Assembly (NCBI GenBank): GCA_944332475.1
Contig: CALVKA010000002.1
Location: 391,147-455,146, forward strand
Origin: an uncultured Bacilli bacterium
Lineage (GTDB): Bacteria; Bacillota_I; Bacilli_A; RF39; UBA660
Length of the DNA stretch: 64,000 bases
Direction of reading: 5' to 3'
The position numbers and the translations under genes were made by a program. Below, piece by piece: positions 21,960 through 32,185 of this stretch (the stretch's first letter is position 1; each line of letters begins with the position of its first letter). The notes under the pieces are model-generated. The model was not told the DNA's origin, searched no databases, and worked only from the letters and a program-made list of their open reading frames with translations.

Positions 21960-22937
21960 ATGAAAAGAATCGCCTACTTTGATAATGCAAAAGGAATATT
22001 AATTATTTTTATTATTTTAGCACATGTATTAAGTCTATGTTCAAGTTACTATAATTATAATGATGATTTTTTTAAGTTTGCCACTTTGTTTATGTTACAA
22101 TGTTTTTTCTTTATTTCAGCTTATTTTGCATCAAAAAGTAAGACTCCTAAGAAAAAGAGAATACTAAACTTATTAAAGACTTATCTAATATGGCAGACAA
22201 TTATAACAATTTATTATGCTTTTGTGTTAAATATAGTAGAATTCAATTTAAACTACATGATTCCAAGATATACTTTATGGTTTTTAATAACGATGATATT
22301 TTATAATTTATCAGAATTTTTTTTAGAAAAATCAAACTATAAAGTAATGATTCCTTTATCTATCATAATTGGATTATTAGCAGGTTTTGTTCCGTTGATT
22401 GGAGAAACACTATCTTTATCAAGAACTTTTGTATTTTTTTCATTTTATGTAATAGGATATTATGCCAAAGATTTAAATCTATTAGAAAAAATAAAAACAA
22501 AGAAAATAAAAATTCTGTCTATAGCCTTATCTATTGTAATACTTATCTTTATATTAAAATTTGACAATATTCTATCAATAAAAATATTAAAAGGGAAATA
22601 TAGCTATTTTGATATAAATAGTCTTAATATATGGGCTGCCTGCGGACAACGTTTGCTATTTTATATTCTTAGTATGATAGTCAGTATAGGATTTCTAAAT
22701 TTAGTTCCTAAAAAAGAAAATTTTCTTACAACTTTAGGAAGAAATACCCTATATATTTATTTGACGCAAGGAATGATTTTAAAAACTTTTGTAACAGAAA
22801 AAATACTATTAAATAATAGAGTAGTAGGAACCTTACTATTATTTATATGTGCATTTATCTTAACAATCCTATTTACTAAAATATTGAATCAAATTCAAAA
22901 AATAAAAAAATACAAAATGGAGGCAGCAAATGGATAA
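21960..22937 (+). CDS. Acyltransferase-3 family membrane protein (OatA/WecH-like O-acyltransferase)
   Basis: 325 aa with 9-10 TM segments. N-terminal F-D-N-A-K-G-x-L-I motif (RIAYFDNAKGILIIFIILAHV) is typical of PF01757. Confidence 0.65.
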   Translation: MKRIAYFDNAKGILIIFIILAHVLSLCSSYYNYNDDFFKFATLFMLQCFFFISAYFASKSKTPKKKRILNLLKTYLIWQTIITIYYAFVLNIVEFNLNYMIPRYTLWFLITMIFYNLSEFFLEKSNYKVMIPLSIIIGLLAGFVPLIGETLSLSRTFVFFSFYVIGYYAKDLNLLEKIKTKKIKILSIALSIVILIFILKFDNILSIKILKGKYSYFDINSLNIWAACGQRLLFYILSMIVSIGFLNLVPKKENFLTTLGRNTLYIYLTQGMILKTFVTEKILLNNRVVGTLLLFICAFILTILFTKILNQIQKIKKYKMEAANG

Positions 22938-24189
22938 AAAGTTTAAAAGTTTCAAATTAGAATTAGAAAGAATTTATAAAAGCAATAAAATATACAGGGA
23001 AAAGATGAAACGGCAAAAGATTACACCAGATGATATAAATAGTTGGAAAGATATAAAGAAATTACCAATTACTACAAAGCAAGATCTTCTAAAGGATTAT
23101 CCAAATGGTTGGAGTTGCGTTCCAACATCAGAAATAAAAATGTATCATGCTTCTAGTGGAACGACAGGAAAACCTTTGATTGTTGGATTAACAGAAAATG
23201 ATTTACAGTTTCGAAAAAAAGTAATGATAGAAGATGCCAAAGAAGCCGGAATAACGCCAGATGACACTATCCAAATATGTTATGGCTTTGGTATGTTTAC
23301 AGGTGGTTTTAGTTTTTATGAAGGAGTAAGAGACTACGGCTGTAAAATTATACCAACAGGAACGATGTCCACAGAAATGCAGCTATTATATATGAACAAT
23401 TTAAAACCAACTGTCTTAATCACCAGCCCTTCTCATGTCATGCATTTATATGAAAAAGCCAAAGAAGAAAACATTGATGTAAAAAAATTACCAATTCGCA
23501 TTATTAGAGTAGGCAGTGAATTATTAACAGAATCGATGAGAAAGAAAATAAAAGAAGCCTGGGGAGAAAATGTCAGCGTTACACAAGATTATGGAATGAC
23601 TGAAACTCTAGGACCAGGATTAGGTATGGAATGTAAATTTGAAAATGGTATGCACTTAAATCCAAATTACTATTTTGAATTAGTAGACCCAGTGACAAAA
23701 AAGCCAACAAAAAAGAAAGTTGGAGAACTAGTGGTAACAACAATCTATAATGAATGCTTCCCAATTATCCGTTATGCAACGAGTGATTTAGTGGAAATTT
23801 CAAAAGAAAGTTGTCCCTGTGGATGTTCTAGTCCAAGAATTACAAGATTTTTAGGCAGATCTGATGATATGTTGAAAGTAAAAGGCGTAAAAATATTTGT
23901 AAGTCAAATAGAAGACTTTCTATTTAAGCACCCTTATTTTACCCACCAATATGAAATTGTAATTTCTAAAGAAGACTATAAAGATATTTTAACAATTAAT
24001 GTTGAATATAAAGATAGAATTACCCCGGAAATAAAACAAAATATATATAACTATACAGAGAATGTCGAAGAAGAGTTCAAAAGTAAATTCGGAATTAAGA
24101 GTAAAATCAATATTGTAAATAATAAAACAATAAAGCCATCCCCTGGTAAAGTAGTTCATGTTAGAGATTTAAGAAAAATAAAAGTATAA
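22930..24189 (+). CDS. PaaK-like adenylate-forming enzyme (phenylacetate-CoA ligase / CapK / F390 synthetase family)
   Basis: 419 aa. A-motifs SSGTTGKP, GFGMFTGG, QDYGMTE and an LKVKG C-terminal lysine motif. Start overlaps the acyltransferase stop by 8 nt (translational coupling). Confidence 0.6.
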   Translation: MDKKFKSFKLELERIYKSNKIYREKMKRQKITPDDINSWKDIKKLPITTKQDLLKDYPNGWSCVPTSEIKMYHASSGTTGKPLIVGLTENDLQFRKKVMIEDAKEAGITPDDTIQICYGFGMFTGGFSFYEGVRDYGCKIIPTGTMSTEMQLLYMNNLKPTVLITSPSHVMHLYEKAKEENIDVKKLPIRIIRVGSELLTESMRKKIKEAWGENVSVTQDYGMTETLGPGLGMECKFENGMHLNPNYYFELVDPVTKKPTKKKVGELVVTTIYNECFPIIRYATSDLVEISKESCPCGCSSPRITRFLGRSDDMLKVKGVKIFVSQIEDFLFKHPYFTHQYEIVISKEDYKDILTINVEYKDRITPEIKQNIYNYTENVEEEFKSKFGIKSKINIVNNKTIKPSPGKVVHVRDLRKIKV

Positions 24190-24293
24190 ATAAACCTAGA
24201 CAAATGAAGGAATACTTGCTATAATACTAACGAGTATTTTAAATACTCCTTGCTACATAACTGTAGCCATTAGTCCAAAAGGAGGTGTAAAAA

Positions 24294-24581
24294 ATGAGAA
24301 AGTATGAAATTATGTTCATAGTAAGACCAGATATGGAAGAAACTGAAATTCAAAAAACGGCTGAAAATCTAAAGAAAGTCTTAGAAGAACAAAAAGCAAA
24401 AATTCTAGAAAATAAGGCAATGGGTCCTAGAGAATTAGCTTACGAAATCAAAAAATTCAAAACTGGATATTATTACTTATTCGTAGTAGAAGCAACTCCA
24501 GAAGCAGTTGCTGAATTCGACCGTGTTGTTAGAATTAATGAAAGCTTATTACGTCATTTAATCGTAAAAGTAGAAGACTAA
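24294..24581 (+). CDS. rpsF: 30S ribosomal protein S6
   Basis: MRKYEIMFIVRPD. 95 aa. Forms an rpsF-ssb-rpsR operon. Confidence 0.9.
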   Translation: MRKYEIMFIVRPDMEETEIQKTAENLKKVLEEQKAKILENKAMGPRELAYEIKKFKTGYYYLFVVEATPEAVAEFDRVVRINESLLRHLIVKVED

Positions 24582-24595
24582 AAAAGAGGTAGAAT

Positions 24596-25087
24596 ATGAA
24601 TAAAGTATTTTTAATAGGAAGATTAACTAGAGACCCAGAATTAAGATATACAGGAAGTAATACTGCAGTTGCTACATTCTCTTTAGCAGTAAATAGAAAT
24701 TTCACAAATGCAAACGGAGAAAGAGAAGCAGATTTTATAAATATTGTTGTTTGGAGAAAGCAAGCAGAGAATGTAAAAAATTATTTGTCACAAGGTAGCC
24801 AAGTAGCTATCGACGGCCGTATTCAAACGAGAACATATGATGATCAAAATGGTCAAAGACGATATGTAACTGAAGTAGTAGCTGATAATGTAGAATTCCT
24901 AGGTTCAAAAGGGTCATCTAATAGTACAAATGCTAGTAGTAATGCATCACAACAAACTGCTGATGCAGAGCCTACACCTTATGACTTTGGTCCAAGTACT
25001 GAGCCAAAGGGAACAGATGTAGATAGCAATCCTTTCGCTGATTTCGGATCAAGTATTGAAATCAGTGACGATGAATTACCATTCTAA
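24596..25087 (+). CDS. ssb: Single-stranded DNA-binding protein
   Basis: OB-fold N-terminus ([18 protein letters not shown]) and acidic C-terminal tail DDELPF. Confidence 0.9.
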   Translation: MNKVFLIGRLTRDPELRYTGSNTAVATFSLAVNRNFTNANGEREADFINIVVWRKQAENVKNYLSQGSQVAIDGRIQTRTYDDQNGQRRYVTEVVADNVEFLGSKGSSNSTNASSNASQQTADAEPTPYDFGPSTEPKGTDVDSNPFADFGSSIEISDDELPF

Positions 25088-25103
25088 AAAAGGAGGAGTA
25101 AAA

Positions 25104-25319
25104 ATGGCAGAATTTGGACGTAGAAAGAAAAAAGTATGTATGATGTGTACTGGTGCAACAGTTGACTATAAAAATCCTGAAACATTAAAAAGATATGTAA
25201 ATGAAAAAGGAAAAATTGTTTCAAGAAGAGTTACTGGTAACTGTGCTCGTCATCAAAGATATATTTCAACACAAATTAAAAGAGCAAGAGCAATCGCTTT
25301 AATGCCTTATACAAGATAA
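25104..25319 (+). CDS. rpsR: 30S ribosomal protein S18
   Basis: Start at [10 protein letters not shown] with RBS AAGGAGGAG; the track start 25056 has no RBS. Terminator hairpin GAGTTC-n6-GAACTC plus T-run at 25326-25349. Confidence 0.9.
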   Translation: MAEFGRRKKKVCMMCTGATVDYKNPETLKRYVNEKGKIVSRRVTGNCARHQRYISTQIKRARAIALMPYTR

Positions 25320-25407
25320 AAAATTGAGTTCTTCTGTGAACTCTTTTTTCATTTTACAAACATAAGAAAGTATTATATAATAAGAAAGAGGAATACAGGA
25401 GGAAAAA

Positions 25408-26397
25408 ATGAAGATAATTGAACAAAGAAGAGAACTAAACAAACGTATCAAAAAAGCGAAAGTAATCTTTCTAATGGCTCATAAAGATCTAGATTTAGAT
25501 GCTTTAGGAAGCTGTATCGGCCTAAGTTTAATTTTAAAGCAACGTAAAAAAAATTGCTATATTATTATAGATGATAAAACACATGAACTAGGAGTAGATA
25601 AAATCTTAAAAGAGTTAGATGGATGTATTCCTATTATAAGAGGGGAAGAACTTGATAAACATCTTTATCCTAATAATAAGAAAAATCTTTTAATTGTATT
25701 AGATACTAACAAAACGGAATTAGTCCAAAATCAAGAGGTATTAAAAAAGATTGATACAAAAATTATAATTGATCATCATGATTTGGGAAAAACCAGTATC
25801 AAAGATGCATTAACTATTGTGGATGATGAAGTTTCTAGTACATGTGAAATGATAACAGAATTAACAGAATTCTATGATGTAGAATTAGACCCTTACTATG
25901 CTACAGTATTATTATCAGGAATTGTATTAGATACGAATAACTTTACCCTAAAAACAAGTGCAGAAACTTACTATTCTGCCTACTATTTAGCCAATCTTGG
26001 AGCAAGTGCTAAAAAGGTACAATATTTATTAAAACAAGATATTGAAGAATATACAGAACGTCAAAAACTACTAGCTGATATAGAGACCATCAATAAAAAG
26101 ATTGCGTTTACGAAAGCTAGTCCATATACGATATATCGAAGAGAAGACTTAGCGAAAGTTGCAGATACCTTATTATTCTTCAACAACATTGAGGCATCTT
26201 TTGTAATTGGAAAAGTAGGAAAAGATACTGTAGGAATTAGTGCAAGAAGTCTTGGTAATTTTAATATAACTAAAATATTAGAAAAGCTTGGTGGCGGTGG
26301 AGATGACTATAATGGAGCCGCTAGAATTGAAAAAACAACAATTAGCAAAGTAGAACAAGAACTAAAAAAAGCAATTGCTAAAGAAGAAGGTGAATAA
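25408..26397 (+). CDS. DHH/DHHA1-family phosphoesterase (NrnA/GdpP-like catalytic core only)
   Basis: DHH motifs [12 protein letters not shown] and IIDHHD, and a DHHA1 glycine-rich motif [12 protein letters not shown]. 329 aa with no TM, PAS or GGDEF region, although it sits where gdpP (yybT) lies in Bacillus. Confidence 0.7.
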   Translation: MKIIEQRRELNKRIKKAKVIFLMAHKDLDLDALGSCIGLSLILKQRKKNCYIIIDDKTHELGVDKILKELDGCIPIIRGEELDKHLYPNNKKNLLIVLDTNKTELVQNQEVLKKIDTKIIIDHHDLGKTSIKDALTIVDDEVSSTCEMITELTEFYDVELDPYYATVLLSGIVLDTNNFTLKTSAETYYSAYYLANLGASAKKVQYLLKQDIEEYTERQKLLADIETINKKIAFTKASPYTIYRREDLAKVADTLLFFNNIEASFVIGKVGKDTVGISARSLGNFNITKILEKLGGGGDDYNGAARIEKTTISKVEQELKKAIAKEEGE

Positions 26398-26398
26398 T

Positions 26399-26839
26399 AT
26401 GGAAGTAATCTTTATCAAAGATTTAAAAGGACAAGCAAAAAAAGGTCATATCAAAAATGTAAAAGATGGCTATGCAGAAAATTTCTTAATTAAAAATGGC
26501 TATGCAGTTATAAAAAATAAAGAAAATCTTGCTAAATTAGAAAAAGAACAACAACAAAAGGCAAATCAAGATGCCAAAAACAAAAAAGAAGCAGAAGAAA
26601 CAAAGAAAAAATTAGATCAGTTAGTACTAGAATTTAAGGTAAAAACTGGAGAGGGAGATAAGGTGTTTGGCAGTGTAAGTATGAAACAAATAAGAGATGC
26701 TTTATCAAAAGAAGGATATAAAGTAGAAAAAAGTCAAATCGAATTAACATCTTCTATGGCTAGTCTAGGTTTTCATCGTGTCAATATTAACCTATATCCT
26801 GGAATTACAGCAACGCTAAAAGCACATATCATAAAATAA
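26399..26839 (+). CDS. rplI: 50S ribosomal protein L9
   Basis: [31 protein letters not shown]. Start at 26399 with RBS GAAGGTG. Confidence 0.9.
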   Translation: MEVIFIKDLKGQAKKGHIKNVKDGYAENFLIKNGYAVIKNKENLAKLEKEQQQKANQDAKNKKEAEETKKKLDQLVLEFKVKTGEGDKVFGSVSMKQIRDALSKEGYKVEKSQIELTSSMASLGFHRVNINLYPGITATLKAHIIK

Positions 26840-26852
26840 TCGAGGTGAAAAA

Positions 26853-28205
26853 ATGCCAATTAAATCATTACCAAACAACATAGAAGCAGAAGAATCTGTA
26901 TTAGGTGCTTGTTTTCTTTCAAAATACGCACTACAAAAAGCCTGTGAAAGCCTAACACCAGACTCTTTTTATGATGAAAAAAATGGTAAAATTTTTGCGG
27001 CGATGAATTCTTTAGTAGAAGAAAAAACACCGATTGATATTACGACAGTAACAGGTTACTTAAAGAAAAAAAATCAACTAGCAGAAATTGGTGGTGTTGA
27101 ATATCTAACAGAAGTACTAAACTTTGTTCCCACGGCTAGTAATATTGATTATTATATAAAAAATGTAGAAGATGCTTCGATTTTAAGAAGACTAATAGAA
27201 ACAGCTACAGATATCGCGTCAGAGGGTTACAGAACAGATGAATCTGTAAATGAAATTTTAGATAATTCTGAAAAGAAAATATTGAATATCGTAAAAAATA
27301 GAAAAGCAAGTGAATTTAGAACAATCAAGGAAGTTTTACAAAAAACACAATCTGATTTAGAACGATTATCAGAACATAAAGGAGAAGTAACAGGCTTAGC
27401 GACAGGCTGGTATGATGTTGATAAATTAACAACAGGACTACATCCCAATGAATTGATTATTATTGCTGCTCGTCCTGCTATGGGAAAGACTGTATTTGCC
27501 CTAAACCTTGCTACTCATGCAGCAATGACACAAGATAAATCAGTAGCTTTATTTAATCTTGAAATGAGTGCTGAACAATTAGCAACCCGTGTGATTTCTT
27601 CGCTAGGACAAATCGATGGTTTTAAATTGCGTACAGGAAATTTGATGAATACAGATTGGAAAAGAATCAATGAGGCATCTTCACAACTTTCCAATACCAA
27701 TTTAGTAATAGATGATACACCAGGAATAACAATCGGAGAAATAAGAGCGAAATGCCGTAGATTAGCAAGTAGTGAAAATGGACTAGCATTAGTCGTGATA
27801 GACTACCTACAATTAATATCAGGTGGAAAAAATTACGGTGCAAATAGACAACAAGAAGTATCTGATATTTCTAGAAGCCTAAAAACATTAGCAATGGAAT
27901 TACAAGTTCCAGTAATTGCTTTATCCCAATTATCTCGTAGTGTAGAAGCACGAGAAGATAAAAGACCGATTATGAGTGATTTACGTGAATCTGGATCAAT
28001 AGAACAAGATGCAGATATTGTAGCTTTTTTATATAGAGACGATTATTATAAAAAAGAAGCAAGAAATGAAGATAATACCAGCATAGTAGAGTTAATTATT
28101 GGCAAACATCGTAATGGACCAACAGCAACAGTAGAATTACTCTTTAAGAAAAATACATCTACTATGTTAAGCTTAAGTAAAAATAATCGAGGTGAAGAAG
28201 GATAG
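26853..28205 (+). CDS. dnaB: Replicative DNA helicase (DnaB family; dnaC in B. subtilis nomenclature)
   Basis: N-terminal NIEAEESVLGA, Walker A AARPAMGKT and Walker B LVVIDYLQL. 450 aa. Follows rplI. Confidence 0.9.
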   Translation: MPIKSLPNNIEAEESVLGACFLSKYALQKACESLTPDSFYDEKNGKIFAAMNSLVEEKTPIDITTVTGYLKKKNQLAEIGGVEYLTEVLNFVPTASNIDYYIKNVEDASILRRLIETATDIASEGYRTDESVNEILDNSEKKILNIVKNRKASEFRTIKEVLQKTQSDLERLSEHKGEVTGLATGWYDVDKLTTGLHPNELIIIAARPAMGKTVFALNLATHAAMTQDKSVALFNLEMSAEQLATRVISSLGQIDGFKLRTGNLMNTDWKRINEASSQLSNTNLVIDDTPGITIGEIRAKCRRLASSENGLALVVIDYLQLISGGKNYGANRQQEVSDISRSLKTLAMELQVPVIALSQLSRSVEAREDKRPIMSDLRESGSIEQDADIVAFLYRDDYYKKEARNEDNTSIVELIIGKHRNGPTATVELLFKKNTSTMLSLSKNNRGEEG

Positions 28206-28206
28206 T

Positions 28207-29691
28207 ATGAACCAAAAGATAAAAAAAATAATAATAGTTTTAATCTTAGGAATTGCACTGCCGTTTGTAACTGCCGCTACAAATGCAACTCCACAGACAT
28301 TATACCGTGTTTATTTAAAAGGAGAATCAATAGGACTAATTAAGTCAAGAACACAACTAGAAGAATATATTGATAAAAAACAAGATCAAATTAAAGAGAA
28401 GTTTGATGTTGATAAAGTATATTTGCCAGAGGACTTGGATATTGTAAAAGAAGTTACCTTTGATAATGATATATCTACAGTAAAAGAAATATACAATAAG
28501 ATTAAAGATATATCTCCATTTACTATAAAAGGTTATGCGATAACAATAGGTGCAGTAGATTCACAAGCCGCTGACGGAAAAAAAATCAAAGGAAAAAAAC
28601 AAACCATCTATGTCTTAGATAAACAAGTTTTTGAGGATGCCGTTGATAATATTGTCCACTCTTTTATATCAGAAGAGGATTATGAAAATTATGCCAACGG
28701 TACGCAAGAAGAAATAGAAGAGACAGGAAGTATTATTGAACGTATATATATAGAAAATAAAATTACAATAAGTAGAAGAAATATCCCAGTAGATGAAACC
28801 ATTTATCAAGATACTGATACATTAAGTCAATATTTAATGTTTGGAACGACTAAAGCACAACAAAAATATACTGTTCAAACGGGCGATACAATCGAACAAA
28901 TTTCCTTTAACAATAAAATTTCAACAGAAGAGTTTTTGATTGCTAATCCAGAATTTACAAGTGCTAATAGTTTACTATATGCAGGACAAGAAGTTACTTT
29001 AGGTATCTTAAAACCACAATTTAGAGTTGTAGAAGAAGATCATGTAGTGCTAGACGAAGAAACCAATTATCAAACAGAAACACAATATGATAATACAAAA
29101 GAAGTTGGCTATAGCGAAGTAAAACAGGCTGGTGTAAAAGGAGTTACAAGAGTAACACAAAAAGTACAAAAAGTAAATGGTGAGACCATTTCCGTAGCAA
29201 GAGTATCATCAGAAGTATTAAAAGAGCCAATCAATGAAATTGTTGTAAAAGGTGGTAAAAAATCAAGTTACTATGGTTATGGAGAAGCCGTACCAACAGC
29301 TGGAGACTGGGGATGGCCAGCAACCTGTTCATCAATCTCAAGTCCATTTGGATATAGATGGGGAGTATTACATGATGGAACAGATATAGCAGGATGTGGA
29401 TATGGTTCAAATATCTTTGCCGCTCAATCAGGTACAGTAGTTCAATCTTCATATAAGTATGACAATGGAGAGTTCATTACCATTGATCACCATAATGGTT
29501 ATTATTCAATGTATGCTCACATGATATCAGGCTCAAGAAGAGTTCAAGTTGGAGACTATGTTGTAAAAGGACAAGTAATTGGAAGCATGGGTATGACAGG
29601 AGCAGCAACAGGAGTACATCTACACTTCTCAATTTGGAGAGGATTCCCATACCGTGGAGGAAGAGCTCTAAACGCTATGAGCTTCTATTAA
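28207..29691 (+). CDS. Membrane-anchored M23 (LytM) metallopeptidase with LysM and G5 domains
   Basis: N-terminal TM. LysM YTVQTGDTIEQIS...LYAGQEVTL. G5-like VKGVTRVTQKVQKVNGETISV...VVKGGKK. M23 motifs HDGTDIAG and HLHFSI. ATG 28207 with RBS GAAGGA is preferred over the GTG track start. Confidence 0.75.
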   Translation: MNQKIKKIIIVLILGIALPFVTAATNATPQTLYRVYLKGESIGLIKSRTQLEEYIDKKQDQIKEKFDVDKVYLPEDLDIVKEVTFDNDISTVKEIYNKIKDISPFTIKGYAITIGAVDSQAADGKKIKGKKQTIYVLDKQVFEDAVDNIVHSFISEEDYENYANGTQEEIEETGSIIERIYIENKITISRRNIPVDETIYQDTDTLSQYLMFGTTKAQQKYTVQTGDTIEQISFNNKISTEEFLIANPEFTSANSLLYAGQEVTLGILKPQFRVVEEDHVVLDEETNYQTETQYDNTKEVGYSEVKQAGVKGVTRVTQKVQKVNGETISVARVSSEVLKEPINEIVVKGGKKSSYYGYGEAVPTAGDWGWPATCSSISSPFGYRWGVLHDGTDIAGCGYGSNIFAAQSGTVVQSSYKYDNGEFITIDHHNGYYSMYAHMISGSRRVQVGDYVVKGQVIGSMGMTGAATGVHLHFSIWRGFPYRGGRALNAMSFY

Positions 29692-29692
29692 A

Positions 29693-30448
29693 ATGAAAGT
29701 TAAAACAATTGCCAGTGGTTCAAAAGGAAATTGTACAATAGTATTATGTGATAGTACAAATATAATCATAGATATGGGAATTTCCTACTTAACTCTAAAA
29801 CGGAGTTTAGAAGAAAATTCCCTTTCTTTTGAACAATTTAGTGGAGTATTAATTACACATAGTCATAAAGATCACATTAATGGTCTAAAATCATTAGTCA
29901 AACACACCAACTTAACCATTTATATTCCAGAAAAAATGTATGATGATTTAGAAGAAATTGTTCCCAGGTACCGTTGTGAATTTATAGAAGATAAATTCCA
30001 AATACAAGATATTGATATTGAATTAATTCATACATCACACGATACATCTTGCTCTGTTGGCTACATCATTACCTATAATAATAAATCTCTCGTATACGTA
30101 ACAGACACAGGATATATTAATAGAAAATATCTAGCCAAAATGACAGAAAAAGATATCTATGTCATAGAAGCTAATCATGATGAAGTAATGCTTATGGATG
30201 GTCCTTATCCAAGGTTTCTTAAAGAAAGAGTTATCAGTGATAAAGGCCATTTATCTAATAAAACGACTGCAAAATATTTAAAAAAAATAATTGGTAAAAA
30301 TACACAATATATTTTGCTTGCCCATCTAAGTGAAAAAAACAATACTGAAGAAAAAGCACTAGAAGCAGTATATGATGAATTAGGTAAAACCAATATAAAA
30401 ATATTAATTGCAAAACAAAAAGAAGAAAGTCCTATGATTGAGGTGTAA
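29693..30448 (+). CDS. MBL-fold metallo-hydrolase, WalJ/YycJ-like
   Basis: HSHKDH motif and an overall 251-aa length. Position immediately upstream of rlmH matches yycJ-rlmH in Bacillus. No walRK genes lie adjacent. Confidence 0.65.
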   Translation: MKVKTIASGSKGNCTIVLCDSTNIIIDMGISYLTLKRSLEENSLSFEQFSGVLITHSHKDHINGLKSLVKHTNLTIYIPEKMYDDLEEIVPRYRCEFIEDKFQIQDIDIELIHTSHDTSCSVGYIITYNNKSLVYVTDTGYINRKYLAKMTEKDIYVIEANHDEVMLMDGPYPRFLKERVISDKGHLSNKTTAKYLKKIIGKNTQYILLAHLSEKNNTEEKALEAVYDELGKTNIKILIAKQKEESPMIEV

Positions 30449-30451
30449 AAT

Positions 30452-30907
30452 ATGATAAAGATTATCACAGTAGGATCCATAAAGGAAAAATATTTAGCAG
30501 CCGCAATAGAAGAATACTTAAAAAGATTACAAAAATATACATCTGTTGAAATAATAGAGGTAAAAGATGAAGGTCTATTGCCACCAAATCAAGCAATGGA
30601 AAAAGAAGGGGAAAAAATAAAAAAACATCTATCCGATAAAGATTACATCATTACACTAGAAATAGAAGGAAAAAAATTAACTTCTGAAGAATTTGCGAAA
30701 AAAATAGAAAATACTAGGATGATAAACAGTAATATAACTTTCGTAATTGGTGGAAGTTATGGTATCGCCCCATTTATTAAAGATATGGCAAACTATCATT
30801 TATCATTTTCAAAAATGACATTTCCTCATCAATTATTTCGAGTACTATTATTAGAACAAATATATAGGTCATTTAAAATAATGAACCATGAAAGTTATCA
30901 CAAGTAG
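30452..30907 (+). CDS. rlmH: 23S rRNA (pseudouridine1915-N3)-methyltransferase RlmH
   Basis: 151 aa SPOUT protein, MIKIITVGSIKEKYL...FVIGGSYG. Confidence 0.85.
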   Translation: MIKIITVGSIKEKYLAAAIEEYLKRLQKYTSVEIIEVKDEGLLPPNQAMEKEGEKIKKHLSDKDYIITLEIEGKKLTSEEFAKKIENTRMINSNITFVIGGSYGIAPFIKDMANYHLSFSKMTFPHQLFRVLLLEQIYRSFKIMNHESYHK

Positions 30908-30915
30908 GTGAGAAT

Positions 30916-31488
30916 ATGAAATATGTAAAAGTTATGAATGACACTACATCGAACGCAGATAATACATTAAAATACAAAACAAATGAAATAAATATAGCAA
31001 AAAATTGGAATAAAACCGCAACAACACCAGAAGAGATGGGAGGCTTTAACTTTTCTACAGAAGATAAGATATTAAGATGGTTATTAAGAGGAGATACATT
31101 ATATGAAGTAACACTACCAGACGATGCCGAAGTAGTAGAATGTGAATCTCAGTCTGCTCCTCATGGAGTTTTTAGAGCAAACAAGATAATCATCAAAAAT
31201 CCTGTAAAAATAACTGACGAAGTGGCTATGGATTTATATAAAAAGTCAGATTTGCCATGGAAATCATATATTCAAATTTTATCTTATCTCGCAGCTTCGG
31301 ATTATAAAAAGACAAGTTATCAAATATTAGAAGATCAAATAACACCAGATAATGCGAAAGAATCATTAGACATATATGATAATTTTTTAAAGATTAGAAT
31401 AGATCCAATGCCACAACTTTATTTAGAAATAAAAAAACAAATTGAAAACCAAATCAGTGGAAAAGAGGAAAAAAATGATTGGAAATAA
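30916..31488 (+). CDS. Hypothetical protein; its end overlaps the ung start by 14 nt
   Basis: 190 aa ORF with RBS GGTGAGAA before the ATG. No recognisable family. Translational-coupling geometry with ung. Confidence 0.5.
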   Translation: MKYVKVMNDTTSNADNTLKYKTNEINIAKNWNKTATTPEEMGGFNFSTEDKILRWLLRGDTLYEVTLPDDAEVVECESQSAPHGVFRANKIIIKNPVKITDEVAMDLYKKSDLPWKSYIQILSYLAASDYKKTSYQILEDQITPDNAKESLDIYDNFLKIRIDPMPQLYLEIKKQIENQISGKEEKNDWK

Positions 31489-32137
31489 ATGGGATACATT
31501 ATTAAATTCAGAATATCAAAAAGAATACTTTAGAAATCTAATGGATTTTATTAAAGAAGAGTATAAAACGAAAACAGTATATCCAAGACAAAGTGATGTA
31601 TTTAATGCCTTTCGTTATACAGATTTTGACAATGTAAAAGTTGTTATATTAGGTCAAGATCCTTATCATGGACCCAATCAAGCAGAAGGTTTGTCTTTCT
31701 CAGTAAGTAATGAAGTAGTAAAACCACCATCATTACAAAACATTTTTAAGGAACTAGAAAGTGACTTAGGAATACCATTTCCAAAACATAACTCACTAAA
31801 ACCCTGGGCCAAAGAGGGCGTATTATTATTAAATGCAGTACTGACAGTAGAGAAACATACACCAACTTCCCACAAAAATCATGGATGGGAACAATTTACA
31901 GATGAAGTGATTAAAATCATAAATAAAAAAAATACACCTGTTGTTTTTATTCTATGGGGAAGTTATGCTAGGGCAAAGAAAAAATTAATTACAAATCCCA
32001 TTCATTATGTCATTGAATCAGCTCATCCATCCCCATTTTCAGCCTACAACGGTTTTTTTGGAAGTAAACCATTTTCCAAAACAAACAACTTTTTAAAAAG
32101 TCATGGATTAAAAGAAATAGACTGGAGAGTAGAATAG
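31475..32137 (+). CDS. ung: Uracil-DNA glycosylase
   Basis: GQDPYHGPNQAEGLSFSV water-activating loop and the HPSPFS C-terminal motif. Start at MIGNKWDTLL with RBS AAGAGGAAA. Confidence 0.9.
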   Translation: MIGNKWDTLLNSEYQKEYFRNLMDFIKEEYKTKTVYPRQSDVFNAFRYTDFDNVKVVILGQDPYHGPNQAEGLSFSVSNEVVKPPSLQNIFKELESDLGIPFPKHNSLKPWAKEGVLLLNAVLTVEKHTPTSHKNHGWEQFTDEVIKIINKKNTPVVFILWGSYARAKKKLITNPIHYVIESAHPSPFSAYNGFFGSKPFSKTNNFLKSHGLKEIDWRVE

Positions 32138-32185
32138 AGACCTAGTCTCTTTTTTGTTGACAGAAAGCCAAAAAAAAGTTATAAT
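32137..32185 (+). promoter_or_regulatory. ung terminator hairpin followed by a consensus sigma-A promoter for paralog A
   Basis: GAGAC-cta-GTCTC plus T6 at 32137-32155. Then TTGACA (32157-32162), 17-nt spacer and TATAAT (32180-32185). Confidence 0.55.
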
